A DNA stretch of 64,000 nucleotides from an uncultured Pseudomonadota bacterium (GCA_964529835.1 CAZGZQ010000002.1:9341-73340); one strand, 5' to 3'. Positions 1-9,470 are shown, counted from the first letter of the stretch. Notes: a model not told the origin generated them from the sequence alone. Made by a program: numbers and translations.

Positions 1-1
1 A

Positions 2-517
2 TCAGGCATCATGATTGCTGCTCAATGGTATGCTGAACAAAAATTATATGCCGGTCTTTCAACGCTTTATGGCTCACTCAAAGACACCGCAGTTGCCTGG
101 GTTTGCAACAATCCATCTCTTTCGTTCAATCATTATTTAAAAACCCCTGACGGCATACTCTTAAAAGCTGCTTCAGGCAACCTACTTCCTTCACAAGAGC
201 GAATCACTCAAACCCTCAATCGAACTGAAGATTTTTTTACCATAACTGAGTTTGGAAAAAAACATGCAAAAGATTTTGTACGAACAATATATGGACACCG
301 ACCCAATCGTGCCTTTCAAGCAATAATCACTATCAATGACCAAATCAAAAAAGGGTACTATATTGTATTAGATGGGTTACATAAAAACCACTTAGAGGTA
401 TATGGTTCAAATAAAAAATGGCTTAAAGTTATTAATTTTGATGGTACATTAAATGAACATTTAACTGTAAAAGCATTACAAAGCGATCCAAGAAAACCTC
501 TTTCAATTATAAAGTGA
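2..517 (+). CDS. 3' end of a larger ORF entering from upstream of the window; the C-terminal ~170 aa module has unknown fold and may be a polymorphic-toxin-type C-terminal domain
   Basis: The frame is open from nt 2, with no stop before the ATG at 11. The stop TGA overlaps the GTG of the next ORF (GTGA at 514-517). No housekeeping motif is present. The tail GYYIVLDGLHKNHLEVYGSNKKWLKVINFDG has conserved-looking H/E/K residues. Function is a guess from context. Confidence 0.4.
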   Translation, partial: SGIMIAAQWYAEQKLYAGLSTLYGSLKDTAVAWVCNNPSLSFNHYLKTPDGILLKAASGNLLPSQERITQTLNRTEDFFTITEFGKKHAKDFVRTIYGHRPNRAFQAIITINDQIKKGYYIVLDGLHKNHLEVYGSNKKWLKVINFDGTLNEHLTVKALQSDPRKPLSIIK

Positions 518-1230
518 TATCAATAATGGCAACACTACGAGAAATATACAAACGTTTTTTTAAAAAAATAGAAGAAAAAAGACCAACTTTTACTCTTTTT
601 CATTGCTGTAAAAAAATAGACAAATCAATGCATACCCCAAAATCAATCTATGTCTATTTTGCATATAAACGTGAGTATGGGTTTTTAGTAAATAAATTTA
701 CCGGTAGTATACTTATAGATTACTGTATTCATTGCGGGACAAAAATGCCTGATTCGCTATCAGATAAATGGTTTTTTATATTGCGAGCAAAGTACAAAAT
801 ATCAAATCAAGACATTGATAACGAAAAAATACCATCAGAATTTTTAACAGATGAATGGTGGAAAAAAAGAAATATTCCTAACAAACTTTCATATCTAAGC
901 AAATACGAACGAGATAACAAACGTAGACGCAAACGTCGTGATGGTTGTTTTTGCTTCAATGGAAAAGAACTCAATAAATATCGTCAAACAGATCTCATTT
1001 ACAATACTCGTTTTCGTGAATACGGAGTTAAAGCTGTGCGAAAAAGAGGACCATATACTCCTATGAACTTTTGCCTTTCATGCGGCCGACAACTTGAGCC
1101 ATCGCTTCGCGATTTGTGGGCAAAATTGCTACAAAAAGAGCATGGCATTGCAAATCCTTTTATCACTCCAATTGCCCAACTACCCAAAAGCTTTCGCACT
1201 GATGAATGGTGGAAACGACGCGGATTATAA
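514..1230 (+). CDS. Hypothetical protein made of two tandem copies of a Cys-rich module ending in TDEWWK(K/R)R; candidate immunity protein
   Basis: There is an internal duplication. Copy 1 reads HCC..YKREYGF..CIHCGTKMPDSLSDKWF..IPSEFLTDEWWKKR. Copy 2 reads CFC..RFREYGV..CLSCGRQLEPSLRDLWA..LPKSFRTDEWWKRR. The start overlaps the upstream stop; an alternative ATG lies at 526. Confidence 0.6.
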   Translation: MISIMATLREIYKRFFKKIEEKRPTFTLFHCCKKIDKSMHTPKSIYVYFAYKREYGFLVNKFTGSILIDYCIHCGTKMPDSLSDKWFFILRAKYKISNQDIDNEKIPSEFLTDEWWKKRNIPNKLSYLSKYERDNKRRRKRRDGCFCFNGKELNKYRQTDLIYNTRFREYGVKAVRKRGPYTPMNFCLSCGRQLEPSLRDLWAKLLQKEHGIANPFITPIAQLPKSFRTDEWWKRRGL

Positions 1231-1374
1231 GGTTTTTAAAAACAATCGCGATTAAAAATTATTTTTTATAATAAAAATTTGTATTCTATCTTTTTAGTGT
1301 ATTATCTATCTAAATAAAACAATCACTCTTGCAAAAAAGTATAATTTTTATAAAAAGATAAAAACAAATCAGTT

Positions 1375-2187
1375 ATGTACAACAATAAATTAATAATAAC
1401 ATTGATCACCGTATTTTGTATGATTACTTCAATTGTAATCTTATATTATCACTCAATAAAATATGATCGCATAACAACAATAAAGTCATTTTCTGAATTT
1501 GATTTTTCAAATCTTACACCTCATGATCTTGTTGTTTTTGATATTGACGAGACTCTTATTCAACCAACTGATTCTTATTTAATTCATCGACATAGTGCAA
1601 AGGCGCGATTTATTCTTTCTTTGTTTGGTTTGTATAATAATGAATTTAACCTTCAAGAATATCATGAAATTCGATTGAAACAAGCAAATCGTATACTTAT
1701 TGAACCAAACATTATTCCAACAATACAAACACTTCAAAAAAATAAAATTCCTGTAATTGGATGCACAGCAATAAAAAGCGGCAGGCTTAAAACATTACAA
1801 ATAGATGAATGGAGATATCAAGATCTTAAGTCCCTTGGCTTTGAAGGTTCATGGCAAAACAAAATTATTATGTTTGATGAATTACCTGGAAGGCAACTTT
1901 TTTACAAAGGCTGTATCTTTACAGATCTTTATGAAAAAGGCCCTGCGCTTGCAACATTTCTTAAAGCTATTTCTTTTAAGCCAAAGAAAATTATTTTTTT
2001 TGATGACTGTATTAGTTATTTAGAATCAATACGAATAATGTGTGACTCTCTCTCAATTATATTTGAAGGGTACTTATATAAAGGCTTACAGGATAAAAAC
2101 TTTGACATAAAACGTGCATGGAGCCAATTAAAACATGTTGCTCAATACAAAGCATGGATCTCTGATGAAGCATTAACACGATATTAA
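1375..2187 (+). CDS. HAD-superfamily-like hydrolase with N-terminal membrane anchor (paralogue of 41818-42741)
   Basis: It has the HAD motif I-like FDIDETL and the late motif IIFFDD. The N-terminal hydrophobic helix is LIITLITVFCMITSIVILYY. Confidence 0.55.
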   Translation: MYNNKLIITLITVFCMITSIVILYYHSIKYDRITTIKSFSEFDFSNLTPHDLVVFDIDETLIQPTDSYLIHRHSAKARFILSLFGLYNNEFNLQEYHEIRLKQANRILIEPNIIPTIQTLQKNKIPVIGCTAIKSGRLKTLQIDEWRYQDLKSLGFEGSWQNKIIMFDELPGRQLFYKGCIFTDLYEKGPALATFLKAISFKPKKIIFFDDCISYLESIRIMCDSLSIIFEGYLYKGLQDKNFDIKRAWSQLKHVAQYKAWISDEALTRY

Positions 2188-2445
2188 TATATTCAAGATA
2201 AAGCTATAATGTATAAACAGTACACCAACCCTTAACAAAAGAGTTTTATATCGAATCATTTTCAAAAACTGAAAACTCATACACATATTTTCTATGTCTA
2301 TTAGATCAAAAAAAGCTCAAAAAGTTTTGTGGATATATGTATAGATTGAAAATATACTGCTGTTAAAAAAATCTTGTATTATTTCAAATTTCTATTTTTT
2401 TTGAAACCATTTATTATAAAATATGATAAAAAGTGAAAAAGAAAA

Positions 2446-3918
2446 ATGAATAAATATATTTTATATGTATCACTATTGATCATATCATGTTTTTTTATTA
2501 AAACAACACCAAACATTGTGCGATTACCTTCTTTTGCAGGACTATTTTACCCACAGGATCAAAAAAATCTTATTCAGACTATTAAAAATTTGGAGCAAAC
2601 AATAACGCTCACAAAATTTCAAAATTTCTCTGAACCAAAGATTTTAATTGTGCCACATGCAGGATACCCATATTCAGGACCAATCGCAATGCAAGGATAT
2701 GCAACAATAAAAGATCAACCGATTGAAACCTTTATTATTATCGGTCCTTATCACAAAGAAAATTTTTCAGGAGTTTCAATCTGGACTGAAGGAACATGGC
2801 AAACTCCATTGGGCAATATTGCTATTGATGAACAATTGGCAAAAGCAATTCAAAAACATAATACTCAGTTTAATTATAAAATAGACATTCACAATCAAGA
2901 ACATTCTCTTGAAGTTCAAATCCCATTAATTCAATATTTTTTTCCAAACGCACGTATTGTTCCTGTTTTAATCAGCGATTTGCATTATGCACAAGAACTT
3001 GCAAATGCTTTATACAAAACAATAACAACAACCAAAAAGTCAATCGCGTTAATTTTTTCAACCGATATGAGTCATTATCACAATCAAGAAACTGCATATG
3101 CAATTGATTCAGAAACAATTGAAATTTTAAAAAAAATTGATGCATCACTTTTTTTTGATTCAATGGTAAATCATAAAAGTGAACTTTGTGGAGCTGCAGC
3201 AGTTCAAACAGCCCTTTTGTTAGCTAAAAAACTTAAGAATCGAAACTTTGTATTGTACAACTATCAAACAAGTGGTGATATTACAAAATCCTATAATTCA
3301 GTTGTTGGATACGTAACTGCAGGACTTACTGAACGCGAAACATCTGGGAAAAATGACACGGTATTGCGCAATCCATCGTACTCAAAAGAAGAACAAAAAC
3401 AGATGCTTTCAATAGCTCGAACAACTTTAATTCATCATGTAACCAAAAAAGAGATTGCGCAATTTAAGCTCCAAGATCAATTTTTAAAAAAAGAAAAAGG
3501 AGTATTTATAACACTTTGGAAAAACAAAACAGAATTACGCGGTTGCATTGGCACCATCAATGCACAAGAATCATTACTTGAAGCAATAATCCACATGACA
3601 ATTAATGCAGCAAGTACTGATTCACGCTTTGAACCTGTAACTGCCAAAGAACTTGATTCCATAACAATCGAAATTTCTGTTTTAAGCACACCCAAACCAA
3701 TTGAATCAATAGATCAAATTATTTTTAAAAAACATGGAGTTATTATTTCAAATAACAACCATCAAGGAGTTTTTTTACCAGAGGTAGCTGAAAATTTTTC
3801 AACAAAAGAAGATTTTTTAAATACGCTATGTACTCAAAAAGCAGGACTTGCTCCTTTGTGCTGGAAAGATAAAAATACTGCCATAAAGACATTTACCACA
3901 GAATCATTTAAAGAATAA
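2446..3918 (+). CDS. Fusion protein: MEMO1-family (AmmeMemoRadiSam protein B-like) N-domain + AMMECR1 (protein A-like) C-domain, with N-terminal signal/anchor
   Basis: The MEMO motif IVPHAGYPYSGPIA and HSLEVQIP occur in the N half. The AMMECR1 hallmark LRGCIGTI and GVFLPEVA occur in the C half. The N-terminus MNKYILYVSLLIISCFFI is hydrophobic. Confidence 0.8.
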   Translation: MNKYILYVSLLIISCFFIKTTPNIVRLPSFAGLFYPQDQKNLIQTIKNLEQTITLTKFQNFSEPKILIVPHAGYPYSGPIAMQGYATIKDQPIETFIIIGPYHKENFSGVSIWTEGTWQTPLGNIAIDEQLAKAIQKHNTQFNYKIDIHNQEHSLEVQIPLIQYFFPNARIVPVLISDLHYAQELANALYKTITTTKKSIALIFSTDMSHYHNQETAYAIDSETIEILKKIDASLFFDSMVNHKSELCGAAAVQTALLLAKKLKNRNFVLYNYQTSGDITKSYNSVVGYVTAGLTERETSGKNDTVLRNPSYSKEEQKQMLSIARTTLIHHVTKKEIAQFKLQDQFLKKEKGVFITLWKNKTELRGCIGTINAQESLLEAIIHMTINAASTDSRFEPVTAKELDSITIEISVLSTPKPIESIDQIIFKKHGVIISNNNHQGVFLPEVAENFSTKEDFLNTLCTQKAGLAPLCWKDKNTAIKTFTTESFKE

Positions 3919-3927
3919 ATAATCTAT

Positions 3928-4386
3928 TTAATTTAAATAATAAAACGCACTATTTAATAAAAGCGCAAACAAAACCCATATAACATAAGGAATCCATAAA
4001 TAAAAAAGCATGCGATCTTTTATAACAAGCCAAAGAAACATCACCAAAAGTCCCCACAAAATAACAATATCAATCAAAGCAATTAAAAGAGCATGATAAT
4101 AAAAAAACAGTGGAGACCATATAAAATTTAAACTTAATTGCACAATAAAAAGCATCATTAATGTTGGATTTTTTTGTCTTTGCTTCCATACAATTCCTCC
4201 AACAATGCCAATCATAATATATAACACTGTCCATACAGGTCCAAAAACCCATGAAGGTGGACTAAAGAATGGTCTTTGTAAAGTTTGATACCACATTAAA
4301 TCAGGATCAACACTGAGGCCAAAAAACATTCCTAAAAAAAGACAAAGAAAAATTCCAATAATTTCTGGATAATATTTTTGAATCAT
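3928..4386 (-). CDS. tspO: TspO/MBR family tryptophan-rich sensory protein
   Basis: Motifs WYQTLQRPFFSPPSWVFGPVWTVLY, LNFIWSPLFF and the C-terminal PYVIWVLFALLLN are present. It has five TM helices and is about 150 aa. Confidence 0.85.
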   Translation of the reverse strand: MIQKYYPEIIGIFLCLFLGMFFGLSVDPDLMWYQTLQRPFFSPPSWVFGPVWTVLYIMIGIVGGIVWKQRQKNPTLMMLFIVQLSLNFIWSPLFFYYHALLIALIDIVILWGLLVMFLWLVIKDRMLFYLWIPYVIWVLFALLLNSAFYYLN

Positions 4387-4460
4387 TATAATCTCCTTTG
4401 TTTAAAAAATATCATTTTGATGCCATGCTTATTAAGAAAAAATATTAAAAAGGTTTTGAT

Positions 4461-4835
4461 ATGTTTGATCATGTCCAAATAAAAGTTAACAATTTAAAAA
4501 CAAGTCGTTTATTTTATGACTCTATCATGAAAGTATTAGAGCATACAATTGTGTTAGAAATAGAAAATACCGTTATTGGATATGGCAAACATACTCACAA
4601 CATGTTTGAGATACGCCAATCCAATGAAATATTTCATATTTCACAAAATGTACACATTGCATTTTCCGTACAAAATAAAGCAATGGTTGATACATTTTAT
4701 ACAACTGCATTAAAAAATGGTGGCTTTTGTAACGGAAAACCAGGATATAGAAATGAATATGAAAAAGGATATTATGCTGCTTTTATTATCGATCCAGATG
4801 GTCACAATATTGAAGCCATTTACAAAGAAATGTAA
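4461..4835 (+). CDS. VOC (glyoxalase/bleomycin-resistance/dioxygenase) family protein
   Basis: It has MFDHVQIKVNNL..SRLFYD at the N-terminus and AAFIIDPDGHNIEA at the C-terminus. This is typical of small glyoxalase-fold proteins. Confidence 0.75.
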   Translation: MFDHVQIKVNNLKTSRLFYDSIMKVLEHTIVLEIENTVIGYGKHTHNMFEIRQSNEIFHISQNVHIAFSVQNKAMVDTFYTTALKNGGFCNGKPGYRNEYEKGYYAAFIIDPDGHNIEAIYKEM

Positions 4836-4964
4836 AAATTAACAGCACCTTTCAAATTTTGTAATATGCCCAATATGCGCTTTCAACTGTTCTTTTTGGT
4901 AAAAAATTAGATTGCAAATAAAATAATAATAATGCACCACTTTTGTTATCTGCGAATGAAAAAA

Positions 4965-5007
4965 TTTTATCGTATTATTCAACAACATCTTGAATAATAC
5001 GATAAAA
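4965..5007. terminator. Perfect 18-bp inverted repeat between convergent genes; likely bidirectional terminator hairpin
   Basis: ttttatcgtattattcaa (4965-4982) pairs with ttgaataatacgataaaa (4990-5007) around a 7-nt loop. A/T runs flank it on both sides. Confidence 0.5.
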
Positions 5008-5116
5008 TCGATAATATGCTAAAAATATATAGCTAATATTTATAGAACCATATCCTTGATAAAATAACATCATTTCATCTAAAAGTATTTCCATAAAATA
5101 TCTTTATTATTTTTAA

Positions 5117-5713
5117 TTACATCCATATATATTCATACTCACAAAAAACTTTATTTAGCAATTTTGATGCACGAATCCAAGCATCTTTATCAAGTAACTG
5201 AGGAATCTTTGCAGAAGGAAAAACATGAAACCATTTCAAATCAAAACCCCATTCAATACCGCCAAAACAATAAATCATTTTATTATCACGATCAATCCTT
5301 ACCGCAAAAGCATTACCTTTCCAAACACTTAATGGTTTTTGAAAAAAAGAATATGCCCACAAGGGTGCATCATAAAAATCTTTTTCATGGGTATAAAAAG
5401 GGTAAATAGAATTTTTTTGATTTGGATCTACACTATCAATAAAGACCTTATATTGTTCTAAAAAAGAATCAGTATAAACAACATGAATCCATCCATCATG
5501 CAAAAAATTTGTTTTAATATGTATAGTAGGGAAAAATGGGTTTAAAGAATTTTTTACATTATTTTCAATCAATTCAATAAAATATCCAAATCCATTTGAC
5601 GATATATATGAAAAATATTTTTTATTTGTTATTGAAGAATACATAGTAAAACAAAATGAAATTATGCATAATCCTATGAAGAAAAAAATCATCCACGCAT
5701 AGTTATTTTTCAT
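5117..5713 (-). CDS. Hypothetical membrane-anchored protein, translationally coupled to the upstream APH gene
   Basis: The ATG at 5713 (MKNNYAWMIFFFIGLCII) is preceded by AAGGAGG lying inside the last codons of the APH gene. The track ORF extends to 5755, but that start lacks an SD. Confidence 0.6.
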   Translation of the reverse strand: MKNNYAWMIFFFIGLCIISFCFTMYSSITNKKYFSYISSNGFGYFIELIENNVKNSLNPFFPTIHIKTNFLHDGWIHVVYTDSFLEQYKVFIDSVDPNQKNSIYPFYTHEKDFYDAPLWAYSFFQKPLSVWKGNAFAVRIDRDNKMIYCFGGIEWGFDLKWFHVFPSAKIPQLLDKDAWIRASKLLNKVFCEYEYIWM

Positions 5714-6590
5714 GCAAAACCTCCTTGATAATCTTTTTTTGCACGCATGCATCAAATCCAGTTTGATCTTTTATCTGACAGAGTTCAAATGTAGCCTTCC
5801 ACAAAGCCCAAGCACGTGCGCGAAGCCATGTATCAGAATCAAAATTCATTACATCGATAAAGATTTGACGAGATTTTCCAGATAAATAGGTCCATGCAAT
5901 TACAAGATCACAGGCAGGATCTCCAACGGCAACACCACCAAAGTCAATGACAGCAGATAATTTACGCCTATTCATCAGTATATTTCCAATCGCAAAATCG
6001 CCATGAATCCATATTGGGGCCTTATTCCATCTTGTCGCACAAGCCCTATTCCATAAAGCTAATGCTCGAGTTATATCTGTAATGTCAGCCAGCTGTCCAA
6101 TTTGTTCTCGCGCTTCTTTATCGTAAATACTGACATGATCACCGCGCCACCAGTTGTGTTGACCTGGCTCAGGTCCTTCAACATCAGTAATCGCCTGCAA
6201 CTGTTTTAAAAAATTTGCCAAATCAAAGGCAAGTTGTTCTTTATCTTGATCGGTTAACGTTAATAGGTTGATACTTTTTCCAGGCAACCATTTATATATA
6301 GAAAATGGATAAGGATAATCTGCAGATGGCTTTCCCATTTTAATCGGAACTGGAATGCTAACGCTTAAACGTTTTGCTAATTGCGGCAGCAGCTTTTGCT
6401 CTTTTGGAACTTTTAAAGCATAATCTACGGCTGTTGGCATGCGAATTAACATATCATTGCCAAGCCTATATGTTCGATTATCATGTCCTTGTTTTTCAAC
6501 ATCAACGACAGTTAAGCTGGCGTATTCTGGAAACTGATTAAGGATAAGTCTATGTGCAAGATCACGCGTAGGAAAAAATGGAAAATCCAT
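5703..6590 (-). CDS. Aminoglycoside/phosphotransferase (APH) family kinase
   Basis: It has DNRTYRLG near the N-terminus, the catalytic loop IHGDFAIGNIL, and VIDFGGVAVGDPACDL. It looks visibly more G+C-rich than its neighbours. Confidence 0.85.
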   Translation of the reverse strand: MDFPFFPTRDLAHRLILNQFPEYASLTVVDVEKQGHDNRTYRLGNDMLIRMPTAVDYALKVPKEQKLLPQLAKRLSVSIPVPIKMGKPSADYPYPFSIYKWLPGKSINLLTLTDQDKEQLAFDLANFLKQLQAITDVEGPEPGQHNWWRGDHVSIYDKEAREQIGQLADITDITRALALWNRACATRWNKAPIWIHGDFAIGNILMNRRKLSAVIDFGGVAVGDPACDLVIAWTYLSGKSRQIFIDVMNFDSDTWLRARAWALWKATFELCQIKDQTGFDACVQKKIIKEVLHEK

Positions 6591-6625
6591 AAATTTTTTT
6601 TAGTATCATATACTCTTATTAAGAA

Positions 6626-7192
6626 TTATATAGAACACATCAAAGAGTGCAATATACCAGCTACTTCTTTTGGTGAATAATGAGTTGTATCAATAAACTT
6701 AACTTTTGCATAATCAGAGTAATTTTTTAGATTTTTTATAATACTAAAATCCAACAAAGATGATGAAAAATCTTGAATAACATGGATTTCCCACGAAGGA
6801 TCCTGATGATGCATGCGAAGCCAGGAAGCCCAATTGAGCATAGTTTGATTTATACCATATGTATTACGCTTCTTAAGTCTTGAAATTCGCTCAAAATCAG
6901 CACAATCTAAAAAAATAAAATTAATAATTCCTAATTGACTTGATGATGGACAAGCCAAAATTTCACCTAAAACAATCTGCCCAAGCAAACACGCATCTTT
7001 GCCATCGATTAATAATTTTTGTAACCATTTTTCAGTAGACTCCTGTCTCCATTTTTTATCAGCATCTTCTGGTACGCCAATATCATCAAAATCATAAAAA
7101 GCTATATGATTACCTAAAACATTTTTTAAATAAGGCATCACTGCTGTTTTGCCACTTCCACTGGCTCCGGCTATAAAATATAATTTGCTCAT
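6626..7192 (-). CDS. P-loop NTPase / nucleoside-kinase-like protein
   Basis: Walker A GASGSGKT sits at residues 9-16. It is about 190 aa with a LDC acidic strand. It runs in the same direction as the APH gene, with a 35-nt gap. Confidence 0.6.
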   Translation of the reverse strand: MSKLYFIAGASGSGKTAVMPYLKNVLGNHIAFYDFDDIGVPEDADKKWRQESTEKWLQKLLIDGKDACLLGQIVLGEILACPSSSQLGIINFIFLDCADFERISRLKKRNTYGINQTMLNWASWLRMHHQDPSWEIHVIQDFSSSLLDFSIIKNLKNYSDYAKVKFIDTTHYSPKEVAGILHSLMCSI

Positions 7193-7460
7193 TCTTAACC
7201 TTTAAATTTGCTATTTTTATACAATAAAAGATTACAAAAAATCTTTAAAAGGACAATAAAGGAACCAATGTAACAAAAACTCGATATTAATCGATTTAAA
7301 ATAATGAGTTTTTACTATTCAAAATCACTTCTTAGTCAATAAAACTCATACCCTTAACTATCGAAAAATCCAATAAGCAAAGACTTTTAATTGACAAAAT
7401 AGTTTTCAGATTGTCATAATAAAAGATATAAAAACGATATTATTTAAGAAAGATTTTACA

Positions 7461-9470
7461 ATGAATCATTTAAAAAAATTGTTATTAATAACCTTTGTAA
7501 TATTTGCACGGGTTGAAAGCAGTGATGCTGGGACACAAAAGAGATTAAAGCCAAAAATTCAAAGAACGAACAAAAAAATAGTAAAAGAAGTTGGACAAAT
7601 TTTTACAACAGATGATCAAAGCCAAATAGCAAAAGAAGTAAACGATGTGCAACTTCTTGCACAAACCCATGAACAAAAGAAAGAAGTTGCACAAGCCTTA
7701 CAAAAAGAAATAATAAAACAAACCAAAGAAATCAAAAATGATTTGGAAAAAGATAACAAGAGTATACCTAAATATATAGAATATATGGATGCTCTTGATA
7801 TCATCAAATCAAAAAAAGAGCTTTCAGAAATAAAAAACTCAAGCTGGACAAACAGTTATATTATCAAACCATTAACCAAAACATATCGACTCTTTTTGCG
7901 CGTCTGGGATCAAAAAAAATATACAGCACTTCTTGAACAAGAACGCAAATCGCTTGAACATGCACTTAACGTTCAAGCACACAACAACATTATGCTGTTG
8001 TATGTTGCACTTGACCTTGCAATAAAAGATGCTGCATTAAACACTGAACATATGTTTAAAAAAGAGAATTTTTATAAAACAATGATACACGCCTTTGAAG
8101 GCGGTGCACTTTTTGCCTCAGATATTCAATTGTCAAACAAAGTTAAAGATTTAATCACAGAATTGAATATGTTGATAACTCAAAACTTTGAAAAAATCAG
8201 CACTAATAAAGCTATTGTTCAATCAATATGGCAGATGAACGAGATTTTTGAACAATTAGATTCACAAAAAAAACCTATTCAGACAAAACTTCGTATTGAA
8301 AAAGATTTTAAATATGAATCTCTGTTAATCAAAGAATTGTGTGTTAATGCAGCAAACAAAAACGGACAAATATTGGTTGATAGCAAAGAATCATACGCAC
8401 AATATCTTCAAAAATGGATCTCAGAACCAAAAAATGTTGCCAAAGTTGGTTTTGTAATGGCTGCAATCGGCGGGCTTTATATCTATGGACCTGCAGTGCC
8501 TGCATGGCTCAAAGAGTATTCAACCAGCTCAATTGGATCAATAAAAAGTGCGCTTTCAAAAGGATATAACGCAACAATATCTTCAGTCAAAAATTTGTGG
8601 AATAAACTTGCCAATAAAAAAGCCCAAGAAATGCCTGATTTCAAAGAAAACAAAGAAAAATCAAAGCGAATTACAAACTTAGAAAATGAAATTGATCAGG
8701 GTTTTGCATTCAAAGATGAGCGATCAGCCCAAAACATTGAAAATTCAGGATACGAATCATCATGGCAATATTATGCTGATAATTTAGAGGCAGAACGAGA
8801 AACAAAAGCCAGAGAAGAGCAATTTAAAAAAGATAACGAAGAAAGAAGAGAAAAAATATTAGAAAATGATGCTATAGCAACCCTTTTTGATATACAAAAG
8901 ATTCAAACTGAAGATGCTTTTCAAGAAAATGAGAAAGCACGTGGCTTGCAACAACAAGGACAAATGCTTAATGATTTTGATGATGAAATAAAAAGTGATG
9001 AGCTGGCACAAGCCCTTGCGCAAAGAAACTGGGATGCAGACAGAAAAAAAGCATTACAGGCAGAAGCAATAGAAAAAGCACAGCAAACTCTTACTGATCC
9101 AATAGAAAGAGAAACATTTGATGAAGTTGAAGCTATGGCACAATTTAAAATTGATAACACATTAAATCAATCAGCTGAAAATAAACGAATGGAAAGATTT
9201 AAAGCTGAACAAGCAAGAGCCTTGGAAGATATAAATTATATAAAGGAAAGAATAGCAAAAAGCTCTCAAGATAACTCAAAAATCTCTCAAGAAAACAAAC
9301 AATATTGGACAGAGCTTCTTGAGCAATCAAAAAAAGAGTGGACCGAAGAATTAAGCAATCTTGAAAAACAATTAGAGGGTGCTCGTGAACGTGAACGAAT
9401 TTTAAATAAAGAATCTTTTAAAGACCTGCAACAACAAGGACAAATGCTTAATAATTCTGATTTGGAATAA
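7461..9470 (+). CDS. Large secreted coiled-coil protein (K/E/Q-rich), unknown function
   Basis: The signal peptide is MNHLKKLLLITFVIFARVESSDA. A long heptad-like charged sequence follows. There is one central hydrophobic segment, VGFVMAAIGGLYIYGPAVPAWL. The motif LQQQGQMLN occurs twice. Confidence 0.6.
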   Translation: MNHLKKLLLITFVIFARVESSDAGTQKRLKPKIQRTNKKIVKEVGQIFTTDDQSQIAKEVNDVQLLAQTHEQKKEVAQALQKEIIKQTKEIKNDLEKDNKSIPKYIEYMDALDIIKSKKELSEIKNSSWTNSYIIKPLTKTYRLFLRVWDQKKYTALLEQERKSLEHALNVQAHNNIMLLYVALDLAIKDAALNTEHMFKKENFYKTMIHAFEGGALFASDIQLSNKVKDLITELNMLITQNFEKISTNKAIVQSIWQMNEIFEQLDSQKKPIQTKLRIEKDFKYESLLIKELCVNAANKNGQILVDSKESYAQYLQKWISEPKNVAKVGFVMAAIGGLYIYGPAVPAWLKEYSTSSIGSIKSALSKGYNATISSVKNLWNKLANKKAQEMPDFKENKEKSKRITNLENEIDQGFAFKDERSAQNIENSGYESSWQYYADNLEAERETKAREEQFKKDNEERREKILENDAIATLFDIQKIQTEDAFQENEKARGLQQQGQMLNDFDDEIKSDELAQALAQRNWDADRKKALQAEAIEKAQQTLTDPIERETFDEVEAMAQFKIDNTLNQSAENKRMERFKAEQARALEDINYIKERIAKSSQDNSKISQENKQYWTELLEQSKKEWTEELSNLEKQLEGARERERILNKESFKDLQQQGQMLNNSDLE

